Part shown: positions 1 through 7,377 of the stretch, one piece after another | How positions within the stretch are numbered: the first letter of the stretch is position 1 | Layout: each line of letters begins with the position of its first letter | Position numbers and translations under genes: made by a program | IMG/VR virus record: IMGVR_UViG_3300022751_000003 | Coordinates: 1-53,541 of that record | DNA: 53,541 bases | Strand: one strand, 5' to 3' | Source: a virus | The notes under the pieces: generated by a model | What the model was told of the DNA's origin: nothing | Databases searched by the model: none | What the model saw: only the letters and a program-made list of their open reading frames with translations

Positions 1-127
1 TCTGCAAATGTTGCAAATTGACCTTTGATTTTGTGGGCGATTTTAAATAAGCGGATTTTCATATCTTTCTCGTTTTGTATAGAACAAAGATATGACAACT
101 TTATGTCACTTCCAAATTTATTTTAAA
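1..127. repeat. Direct terminal repeat, copy 1 (identical to 53415..53541); closure overlap of a circular or terminally redundant genome
   Basis: First 127 nt (tctgcaaatgttgcaaattgacc...tttattttaaa) read identically to the last 127 nt of the window. Confidence 0.95.
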
Positions 128-292
128 GTTTTCTGAAAAATATTTTGCAATCCGTTCTTTATCGCCCTTACGCCACTTATTGCTACGGTGTTCTTTCTCT
201 TTATCGCTTATAATACGCTTTTGCCCGAACACGGCTTGAGATATGCCGGAATTATTAAAGATAGGGCTGCTTAGTATTTCGTCTACTGTCAT
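101..292 (-). CDS. hypothetical protein (63 aa, basic)
   Basis: ORF in the packaging operon. Its ATG overlaps the stop of the upstream 43-aa ORF (ATGA). Its last 27 nt lie in the terminal repeat. Confidence 0.5.
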   Translation of the reverse strand: MTVDEILSSPIFNNSGISQAVFGQKRIISDKEKEHRSNKWRKGDKERIAKYFSENFKINLEVT

Positions 293-420
293 AACGATGG
301 TGTTATTATAACATATCCCGAAACGTGTATCTTTTCGATGGGGTTGCCATTAAGGTCTAACACATCTTTTGATTTATCCTCAATCTTATTGATTTCATCT
401 ATTAGTTCTTGTACTGTCAT
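289..420 (-). CDS. hypothetical small protein (43 aa), paralog of 52260..52409
   Basis: Hand-read ORF below the 60-aa track cut-off: MTVQELIDEINKIEDKSKDV... It resembles MNMTVEEFIDKLLKIQDKSKNV... at 52260..52409. Confidence 0.4.
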   Translation of the reverse strand: MTVQELIDEINKIEDKSKDVLDLNGNPIEKIHVSGYVIITPSL

Positions 421-443
421 ATACAAATATATGACTTTATTTG

Positions 444-1982
444 TCACCAACCAAATGAAGCTGCCCGAGGTGGCGCAACAAAGCTGAATCTTTCCCGCAT
501 CATAAACATATCCATCAAATCTGGCGATTCGCCGTTAAGTTTGGTTTTCATTTCATCTTTGCCGACAATTTTTAGCTTTCCGTCCATGTCAGCTTTAGCG
601 CGCTTAACAGATTTTCGCTCAAATAAAAACCGTTGGCGTATGGTCATTTTATCATCATACATTTTATTGGCAACATGCTCTGAAACCTTATACAGCCCCT
701 TACCAACATTATCTCCGGATAGGTAATAACATTGCGTTTTAAGGTTGTAGTAATTTCCTGGTATATTTTTACCCTGCACCTTGATTTTGTCATTTGGATC
801 AATCATAGCAGCACCGCCGTTTATAAATGGCACAGCACCGACTATAAAACCATCTATAAAGCCACCCACGCCGTCATTGTCATAGCAGATATTGCGGTTT
901 TCTACTTTATATTTCTTAGCCATTTCTACTATTGCCTCAATCACTTCCTTGCCGTTAGATTTATCCATGATGATAATATCCATTAACTCCCGACCTTCCC
1001 AGTATCCAACAACAAACTTATCGGAACCTTTAAGTGCAATATCAGCCGTTATATATCTATCCCTTACATCAATAGTGTACAGGTTATTGAACATACCGGC
1101 AAAGGCATGGTAATCGTATATGTCATTATCAGACAATACAACCTTCCAATTGCCTTTAAGTAGTGCGGCTTGTGTTTCTTTATCCTGCGCCATTAAGTTA
1201 CCCAAATAGGCCGGATTAACGCTTAACAGTTCTTTGTTTTGATATATGTCCCCACTTATGAACGTTACCGACTTAATAAACTCATTAAAATCAATATCGG
1301 TTTTTTTACGAACCTCATCGAAAATATATGACGCTTTCTCAATTACTTCGGCTTTACTATCCCCCCAAATATAATTATCACCATCAACTACCAAGTATCT
1401 AACAACCCCGTTGCGTTCGGGTATAGGGTATCCGCTATCCTGATCTATCCACCACGATATAAACTCAGCCACCCAACTATCAGGGTCGGGATTGCATGTT
1501 GCTCTTACGTATGGCTTAACCCCGCATACCGAACGGTTACGGGTAAGTAGGTAGAAGAACATTTTCTTTGTAAAGTGTGTAAGCTCATCAAAACCTATGA
1601 ACGGTATTTGTGCGCCCTGCCAGTCGTAAATGTTTTTTTCATATTCAAGGTGAGAGAACTTAACCTTTGAAGTCAACTTACCATCTGCTGTAAATCCCCA
1701 CTCAAAAGAGCTTTCACGGGGTATAGAACCAGGCACATTTGAATATATACTCATCGATGTATCCCACAATGCCCCCTCGGCTTTAATCTGAGGGGATGTG
1801 CGGCGAAATATTACCGTTCCGAACCCTTTTACATCTTTGTGCCTAAGTGGCTCTAAAAGCAGCGTATACGTCTTACCAACACCGGCAGCAGCCCCCCCGA
1901 TAACAATATCTGCAGGAGATGATAGGGCTGACATTTGGTAGCCTACCTGTGGGCGTATTATTTTAACTGCTGTTTGTGTCAT
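444..1982 (-). CDS. terL: terminase large subunit
   Basis: 512 aa. Walker A GGAAAGVGKTY, Walker B-like IPFIGFDELTHF, acidic C-terminal nuclease-type half. Lies directly downstream of a terS-like gene. Confidence 0.9.
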   Translation of the reverse strand: MTQTAVKIIRPQVGYQMSALSSPADIVIGGAAAGVGKTYTLLLEPLRHKDVKGFGTVIFRRTSPQIKAEGALWDTSMSIYSNVPGSIPRESSFEWGFTADGKLTSKVKFSHLEYEKNIYDWQGAQIPFIGFDELTHFTKKMFFYLLTRNRSVCGVKPYVRATCNPDPDSWVAEFISWWIDQDSGYPIPERNGVVRYLVVDGDNYIWGDSKAEVIEKASYIFDEVRKKTDIDFNEFIKSVTFISGDIYQNKELLSVNPAYLGNLMAQDKETQAALLKGNWKVVLSDNDIYDYHAFAGMFNNLYTIDVRDRYITADIALKGSDKFVVGYWEGRELMDIIIMDKSNGKEVIEAIVEMAKKYKVENRNICYDNDGVGGFIDGFIVGAVPFINGGAAMIDPNDKIKVQGKNIPGNYYNLKTQCYYLSGDNVGKGLYKVSEHVANKMYDDKMTIRQRFLFERKSVKRAKADMDGKLKIVGKDEMKTKLNGESPDLMDMFMMRERFSFVAPPRAASFGW

Positions 1983-1987
1983 AAATT

Positions 1988-2010
1988 AAAAAAGCTACCC
2001 GAAGATAGCT
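1988..2010 (-). terminator. intrinsic-terminator-like hairpin between terS and terL
   Basis: Minus-strand RNA AGCUAUC-UUCG-GGUAGCU (7-bp stem, UUCG loop) followed by six U. Confidence 0.45.
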
Positions 2011-2071
2011 AATCCCATAATATTAACGTTATCGTGGGCTACGGTTGCAGTTCACGAGCGCAACTCCCGTT

Positions 2072-2503
2072 TTATCTCCCATTATCCGGCAACTGAAATA
2101 CTGTAACTGTTGGTATAGGGTTATCGGGATCGTTTGATAGTACAGTTTTATCGCTCCATTTATCTCTTTGCCTGTTTTTCAGCCAGTTAAGAGCCGCACC
2201 TGCATCTGGTGCCATTTCTTTTACAACTGTTTTAGTTAACTCGCCACCCTCGTAAGTTTCCTCTTCGTAGGTATAGCCAACAGCTCTTTTATGGAACGAA
2301 GTAGCCACTTCTGCATCGGCAATTGCCTTACCTCTTTTAACTGACACGGAAAATTCTTCATACTGCACCTTCCATTCGTTGATAGTATCTACGTGAACTT
2401 CAAAGAAATCGGCCAACTCTTTATCAGTAAAGCCTAATAAGCATAGTTTATAAGCTTGCTCATTGTATGAAGTTTCGTACTTAGTTGGCCTTCCTGCGCT
2501 CAT
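2072..2503 (-). CDS. terS: terminase small subunit (HTH type)
   Basis: 143 aa. N-terminal GRPTKY...FTDKELADFFEVHVDTINEWK HTH typical of small terminases. Lies immediately upstream of terL. Confidence 0.7.
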   Translation of the reverse strand: MSAGRPTKYETSYNEQAYKLCLLGFTDKELADFFEVHVDTINEWKVQYEEFSVSVKRGKAIADAEVATSFHKRAVGYTYEEETYEGGELTKTVVKEMAPDAGAALNWLKNRQRDKWSDKTVLSNDPDNPIPTVTVFQLPDNGR

Positions 2504-2541
2504 ATTTATAATCTACTTATTCTCTGCGAAGATAGCAAATG

Positions 2542-2760
2542 TTAATTAATATCCGCATACAACTGAATAAGGTTTAAATCGCCACCGGTCATATACTGGC
2601 TAAACATCATACTAAACTCATCATCGGCCTCGGTAGCCTCAATTTCGTTTTCACTGCCTATCTTTTCGTCAAGCTCGTAAAACTTGCTTTCCATTTCATT
2701 TGGTATAACGTACCAATGTCCGCTATCATCCTGTACTGCTTTTACTTTTCTCATATCCAT
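2542..2760 (-). CDS. hypothetical protein (72 aa, acidic)
   Basis: ORF in a same-strand tiling; no motif recognised. Confidence 0.5.
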   Translation of the reverse strand: MDMRKVKAVQDDSGHWYVIPNEMESKFYELDEKIGSENEIEATEADDEFSMMFSQYMTGGDLNLIQLYADIN

Positions 2761-2782
2761 TCAACTGGTTTGAAAAAGTTAA

Positions 2783-2956
2783 TTAGTTTATATGAACTTG
2801 CTTACAATTTGGTTCTTTATCAAAATAAAGACCTTCAAGCCTAAAGGATACCCCTTTTCGCCATACTTCTTTAACACAACCGCAAATAGTGCATAATTCA
2901 AATTTACAAAAGTCTGTTCCTTCACCCTCTGGATGTTTTATGAATTTATGTTTCAT
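2783..2956 (-). CDS. hypothetical Cys-rich small protein (57 aa)
   Basis: Hand-read ORF MKHKFIKHPEGEGTDFCKFELCTICGCVKE... that fills an otherwise empty gap. Confidence 0.3.
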   Translation of the reverse strand: MKHKFIKHPEGEGTDFCKFELCTICGCVKEVWRKGVSFRLEGLYFDKEPNCKQVHIN

Positions 2957-2994
2957 AATTCAAATAAAATTTCTTTTTGTTAGTGGGGTTGAAA

Positions 2995-3666
2995 TCATGG
3001 ACAAATATAAATTTGTTGCGGCAACTTATTCCCCGACTTAAAAGCTTTGTACAACTCCCTGAACTTATCAAAGTCGTTACAAAAGTACACCGGCTTGTTC
3101 TCTTTCCAAAGCTGTAGGTGCATTCGGTATTGATGCCTGTAAGCGGTCTTTACCGTTTTACCATCTTTGAGTAACCAATCTTCGCCAGGTCTTTTAAATT
3201 CAATGTATAATAAGCCCTGTGTGCTACAATTAAACTCATGGTCAGGGTATCCGTCAGAATTGTTATTAAGTGTGCTTAGAACCGCTCTATTGAATCCGTG
3301 TCTTTTACCCTCCCGTTTATGTATAATGGTTCGGTCTTCGGGGAACCATTTCTTAACCCATTTAAGGCATAGCAGTTGCAGGTTACTTTCAGCGTGTGCA
3401 GATAGTCGCTTAGCTTTATCTTCGGCTACCGTATAAACCTTGCCAGCCTTTCCCGACTTCACGCCCATCATTCGTAGTTGATCGGCTGGTGATGCTGCGT
3501 TGTATTTATCACGTAACGGGTTAAAGTCCGTCTTCCCGCTTAATATGCGTTCGGTCTGTGCATTGTAATCGTCTGCACTTTCCGGGTACTTCTCGGCAAG
3601 TTGTTTGTTGCGCTCGATGATTTCGGCGTTGATGTCGAATGGGGGTTTTGAAAAGAGGTCGCTCAT
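2995..3666 (-). CDS. VRR-NUC-like PD-(D/E)xK nuclease
   Basis: C-terminal DGYPDHEF...LLYIEFKRPG...YRHQYRMHLQLW matches the VRR-NUC GxPD...ExK...Q pattern. Start overlaps the stop of the upstream gene. Confidence 0.55.
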   Translation of the reverse strand: MSDLFSKPPFDINAEIIERNKQLAEKYPESADDYNAQTERILSGKTDFNPLRDKYNAASPADQLRMMGVKSGKAGKVYTVAEDKAKRLSAHAESNLQLLCLKWVKKWFPEDRTIIHKREGKRHGFNRAVLSTLNNNSDGYPDHEFNCSTQGLLYIEFKRPGEDWLLKDGKTVKTAYRHQYRMHLQLWKENKPVYFCNDFDKFRELYKAFKSGNKLPQQIYICP

Positions 3667-4250
3667 AAAACCATCCTAAATTTATGTTTACTAAATTTGC
3701 CTACTTCAAAAAAACCTAATTCATTCATTTCTATCGTTGTTAAATTTTTACCCGCTCTTTTCTTTCCCATCATTTTACCGTCTTTGTTTTGAAATACAGA
3801 GTAAGGTTTAGTAACTCCTAAGTACTCCCAATTGGTTGCTTTATAAATAATGCCAGTATGGTTCTGCCATGTATCAGCATATGTAACCAAACAATGCCAT
3901 TTATTTGTATCTATCATTTTTATAGATTTTGATAATAAAAAAGAAGCACTGTTTTTCGGGCATTGAGGATCTAATGCAAGTCTTGTCAAAGATAAAACTT
4001 TTCGCCACTCACCATTGAATGTTGAAATAGCAGCTACTTTTGTAGGAGGTAGCCACCATGCTACACCCATGCAATCACTATCAAAAAAATCTGAACCTCT
4101 TTTAAATAATCCATGAAAATAAACGCCTGTATTAGATGCCGAACATGAATAATGAAATTTTTCAACAAGTACACGTGCTGTTATAATAGATATTGGACGA
4201 ACCACCCATTCTTTTGACTTGAGACCAAGTGAATTGTCTATGTTATTCAT
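3663..4250 (-). CDS. Mom-like GNAT-fold protein (candidate DNA adenine modification enzyme)
   Basis: KFHYS..., LSLTRLALDPQCPKNSASFLLS, and LVTYADTWQNHTGIIYKATNWEYLG fit the HY / L.R / YAD..H.G.IY.A.NW.Y.G pattern I associate with Mom-family proteins. Confidence 0.45.
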   Translation of the reverse strand: MNNIDNSLGLKSKEWVVRPISIITARVLVEKFHYSCSASNTGVYFHGLFKRGSDFFDSDCMGVAWWLPPTKVAAISTFNGEWRKVLSLTRLALDPQCPKNSASFLLSKSIKMIDTNKWHCLVTYADTWQNHTGIIYKATNWEYLGVTKPYSVFQNKDGKMMGKKRAGKNLTTIEMNELGFFEVGKFSKHKFRMVL

Positions 4251-4447
4251 AAGGATTTTATTACTTTTTCAGCATTAATTCTTAGCGTGTTTAGTTCATA
4301 TTCAGAACAACCCATATAACAAGCTTTTATAAAAGGGTTTAATGCATTTACTAATTCTGTTATTATGCATCTTTGGTGGTTTATTTCTGTTTCTAATTTG
4401 CTAATCGTTTCATAAGCAAACTTTAGTTTTCCTGATGGTGTTTTCAT
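4247..4447 (-). CDS. hypothetical protein (66 aa)
   Basis: ORF with an ATGA-type overlap to the upstream gene. Confidence 0.5.
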   Translation of the reverse strand: MKTPSGKLKFAYETISKLETEINHQRCIITELVNALNPFIKACYMGCSEYELNTLRINAEKVIKSL

Positions 4448-4599
4448 ATCTCTAAAATAAAATTACGTAAAAAAATTATCTAATCCAGCCCACTAAAAAA
4501 CTATAACCGTACATGAGAAGGGCGGTTGCTATTAAGGCGGTTAGGAATAATGCCGAAGCTTTGATGGGGGTTAATTGGGGTTGTGGTGTGTTTTCATGT

Positions 4600-4956
4600 T
4601 TAAGCCTCCTTTACGAACTTGCCTCCGATTAACGTCCCCCGGCGATCCTTAATTTCATTATAAGCCCCCTCAAGGCATTCCACGAAATCAACACCTTGCA
4701 TAGCGCATTGGATGATGAGGGTAATGGTTATATCTCCAATAGCGTCTTTGATCTGAGCCATAGTAACATCGGTATTACCCGGTACCCCGTATTGATTGAC
4801 GGCAATATCGAAATCTCTATGAACTGCCACCGCCTCGATCAACTCCCCACATTCCTCAAGCGTCTTATAAGCCTGTTTAATCGGTGGGCAACCGTTAATA
4901 ATGTTACGGGCTTCTGCCCACTCTTGTACTTTGATGATTAATTCTTCTGTTTTCAT
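4600..4956 (-). CDS. MazG-like nucleotide pyrophosphohydrolase
   Basis: EWAEARNII...TLEECGELIEAV...DAIGDITITLI helical MazG pattern. Start moved to the internal ATG (MKTEELII) that abuts the upstream stop. Confidence 0.55.
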   Translation of the reverse strand: MKTEELIIKVQEWAEARNIINGCPPIKQAYKTLEECGELIEAVAVHRDFDIAVNQYGVPGNTDVTMAQIKDAIGDITITLIIQCAMQGVDFVECLEGAYNEIKDRRGTLIGGKFVKEA

Positions 4957-4960
4957 AATA

Positions 4961-5173
4961 CTAATATAATTTATAAGCTTTATATTTTTCTCTAAAGGCG
5001 ATACTTCCGTAATCCTCATACTCGGCTACATACTCCCAAATTTCATCAAGTATGGTTTCTTTATCATCGCTACCGTCAAGGTGGTATAAATCATCACCAT
5101 ACTTTAAATCCTCATAACTGTAACCTTTTTCAGCATACTTGCTGGCGATGTAAATTTTTTCTTCTGTTTTCAT
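4961..5173 (-). CDS. hypothetical protein (70 aa, acidic)
   Basis: ORF in a same-strand tiling. Confidence 0.5.
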   Translation of the reverse strand: MKTEEKIYIASKYAEKGYSYEDLKYGDDLYHLDGSDDKETILDEIWEYVAEYEDYGSIAFREKYKAYKLY

Positions 5174-5194
5174 GTTGTTGTTTTTTAAAAGTTA

Positions 5195-6664
5195 TCAAAA
5201 TGGTTCTTTGTCATATTGACTGTTTGCGCTAATACCCGAAGATGGATCTCTTGTATTACCGGGAGTATCTTTAAAATTAGCTTGATTCAATTTATCATTC
5301 CAATCCCTGAACTTCATATAAGCCCCATTGAACTCAAGTTTTACAGTATCACAGACACCGTTTCTATTCTTTGCAAAGATGATTTCGGTTAAGCCCTGTA
5401 CGCTATCATTATTCTCATCTACCTGAATGCCGTAATATTCTGGCCTGTATAAGAATAACACCTGATCGGCATCCTGTTCAATTGCTCCAGATTCCCGTAA
5501 GTGGGACAAATTAGGCCGCTTGGATGTTCCGGCTTGACTTTCAACAGCCCTGTTCAATTGGCTCAATGCAATAACAGGAATGTCTAAATCTTTTGCTATG
5601 CCCTTTAAACCCCGACTGATTGATGCTATTTCTTGCTCCCTATTACCATTTCTATCTTTCAGACCAGTCATAAGTTGCAAGTAGTCTATTACAATCAATC
5701 CTATACCGAATTGTTGTTTAACTCGTCGTGCTTTAGCTTTTAGTTCAAGTAAACCTATACCTGCTGTATCATCAATAAATAATTTATTTGAAAGTAGTAA
5801 TTTATTAGATGCGTGTTGTAGTTTTTCTTTTTGATTTATAGTAAGTCGCCTTTTTAAAATATCATCCTGAAATATCGTACACTCAGAAGATAATAAACGT
5901 TCGGTTAATTGCCTTTTTGACATTTCAAGACTAAAGACCAAAGCCGGTGCATCAAATTCGATCGCTGCGTTTCTTGCTAATTGCATAGCAAAAGCTGTTT
6001 TACCCATTGATGGACGTGCTGCAACAATTATTAAATCCGATTTACGCCATCCATTTGTAAATTCATCAAGGCATTGGTACCCTGTTCCAACTCCTACTAA
6101 TCCATGTATTTCGGGCTGGTTTAATTCCGATATTGTTTCAGCTGCCAATGCGCTAATATCCGTTACCTGGTTTCCATGTTTATCGTTTAGCAATGAAAAT
6201 ACACTTGCCTGGTTTTTTTCAATTATCTCATAAGCATTACCGGTATCTTCATATGCTTCTGAAATGGTTTGAGTTGAAATCCTTATTGCTTCCCTTTGTA
6301 GGTACTTTTCAATTATAATTTCTGAGTGGTATTTTATATCAACTATGGAATGAGTTGTTAATGTGCTAATGTAATAACTACCGCCCACCATTTCAAGTTC
6401 GCCAATTGACCTCAATTCCTGAGATACAGTAAGCATATCAATCGGATTATTCTTTGCAAATAGTTTTATGATCGCGGAAAATATTTTTTGATTTGATTCT
6501 ACATAAAACATTTCAGGCTTAAGTTTTTCTATTACGTCATACAAAACATTTTTATTTGACATGACAGAGCCCAATACAGCCTCCTCCATATCTCTGGCCT
6601 GAGGAGGTAATTTGCCATGGATGTTTAAATTTGTATTTAATTTTTTACGGCGATCTACTTCCAT
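5195..6664 (-). CDS. dnaB: replicative DNA helicase DnaB
   Basis: 489 aa. N-terminal PPQARDMEEAVLGSVM, Walker A AARPSMGKTAF, Walker B LIVIDYLQLM, arginine-finger region SQLNRAVE. Confidence 0.92.
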   Translation of the reverse strand: MEVDRRKKLNTNLNIHGKLPPQARDMEEAVLGSVMSNKNVLYDVIEKLKPEMFYVESNQKIFSAIIKLFAKNNPIDMLTVSQELRSIGELEMVGGSYYISTLTTHSIVDIKYHSEIIIEKYLQREAIRISTQTISEAYEDTGNAYEIIEKNQASVFSLLNDKHGNQVTDISALAAETISELNQPEIHGLVGVGTGYQCLDEFTNGWRKSDLIIVAARPSMGKTAFAMQLARNAAIEFDAPALVFSLEMSKRQLTERLLSSECTIFQDDILKRRLTINQKEKLQHASNKLLLSNKLFIDDTAGIGLLELKAKARRVKQQFGIGLIVIDYLQLMTGLKDRNGNREQEIASISRGLKGIAKDLDIPVIALSQLNRAVESQAGTSKRPNLSHLRESGAIEQDADQVLFLYRPEYYGIQVDENNDSVQGLTEIIFAKNRNGVCDTVKLEFNGAYMKFRDWNDKLNQANFKDTPGNTRDPSSGISANSQYDKEPF

Positions 6665-7377
6665 GATTCTGCCGCCTTTCTATGATCTATCTTAACGGTG
6701 CCATTGTTTTTAAAGGCTTCATTTGGCTTTAGGTTCTCAGGCTTAAACCAATTATTCAACATCGTATTTTTCCAATTTAGAATAGGCTTCCCATCCTTAT
6801 TGTGCCATGATAAATTCGAATAATACTCATAAGCTCTGCGTGCGGAGGCTTCTGTATATCCCTTGTCATCAAAATACAAAACAACCTCACTCAACAAAGG
6901 CATCGCCGTTAATACGATAGTATTAACTTTCCTTTCCTTTCCTTTCCTTTCCTTTGTTGGATTTTGTTGAACACTTGTTGACACTTGTTCAACACTTGTT
7001 GAAAGTGCAGCTCGGCGCTCAGCTGACTTTTTACCACTAAGTGCCCTTTTTTCGCTAATTTCTTGCCTTTTTTCAACGTTCCTATTAACTCTATCAGCAT
7101 AGAAAAAACCTCCCTCCTGTTCGAATAACTCATATTCATTGATACAATCAGATATAAATTTCAACACTTGTTCAGCATTTGTTGACATTTGTTGAGCAAT
7201 TGCTGAATAAGTATACTTCTTTTGGGCTAATTTATGATCCTCTGATTGATGCATTAGCTCAATTATATACCAATACATACCATATCCTTCGGCCTTGTAT
7301 TCGGCTATCATAGCCTTTATTTTAGGGTTGTTACTCGCCGTGTAATCGTGCGGAAAGTAGAATGTATCTTTAGCCAT
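6655..7377 (-). CDS. DUF4373-type replication organiser / initiator
   Basis: N-terminus FYFPHDYTASNNPKIKAMIAEYKAEGYGMYWYIIELM is typical of Lin1244/Lin1753-like DUF4373. Immediately upstream of dnaB. Contains iterons. Confidence 0.65.
   Translation of the reverse strand: MAKDTFYFPHDYTASNNPKIKAMIAEYKAEGYGMYWYIIELMHQSEDHKLAQKKYTYSAIAQQMSTNAEQVLKFISDCINEYELFEQEGGFFYADRVNRNVEKRQEISEKRALSGKKSAERRAALSTSVEQVSTSVQQNPTKERKGKERKVNTIVLTAMPLLSEVVLYFDDKGYTEASARRAYEYYSNLSWHNKDGKPILNWKNTMLNNWFKPENLKPNEAFKNNGTVKIDHRKAAESWK
6927..7206. repeat. candidate replication origin: (CTTTC)x5 tract plus two iteron clusters flanking an A/T-rich spacer
   Basis: 6971..7002 ACACTTGTTGA/CACTTGTTCA/ACACTTGTTGA with degenerate copies upstream. 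7163..7206 AACACTTGTTCA/GCATTTGTTGA/CATTTGTTGA/GCAATTGCTGA. Confidence 0.5.

Noticed and set aside
409-1113. Plus-strand ORFs (409..726, 732..986, 892..1113) opposite terL
   Set aside because: They lie wholly antisense to a confidently identified terminase gene and have low-complexity hydrophobic translations typical of shadow ORFs.
4448-4599. TM-like reading frame (…PIKASALFLTALIATALLMYGYSFLVGWIR) downstream of the MazG-like gene
   Set aside because: The frame has no ATG/GTG/TTG start after the MazG stop region. Only an 8-codon ATG ORF is present, so it is not reported as a gene.
6909-7139. Alternative-frame 76-aa ORF inside the replication-organiser gene
   Set aside because: It is fully embedded in the DUF4373 gene on the same strand. 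It is kept open by the repeat tract and is mentioned only as a possible frameshift outcome, not as a gene.
6927-7206. Short tandem repeats considered as a CRISPR-like array
   Set aside because: The units are 5 to 11 bp and contiguous, with no spacers, and they lie inside a coding gene. They fit iterons, not CRISPR repeats.
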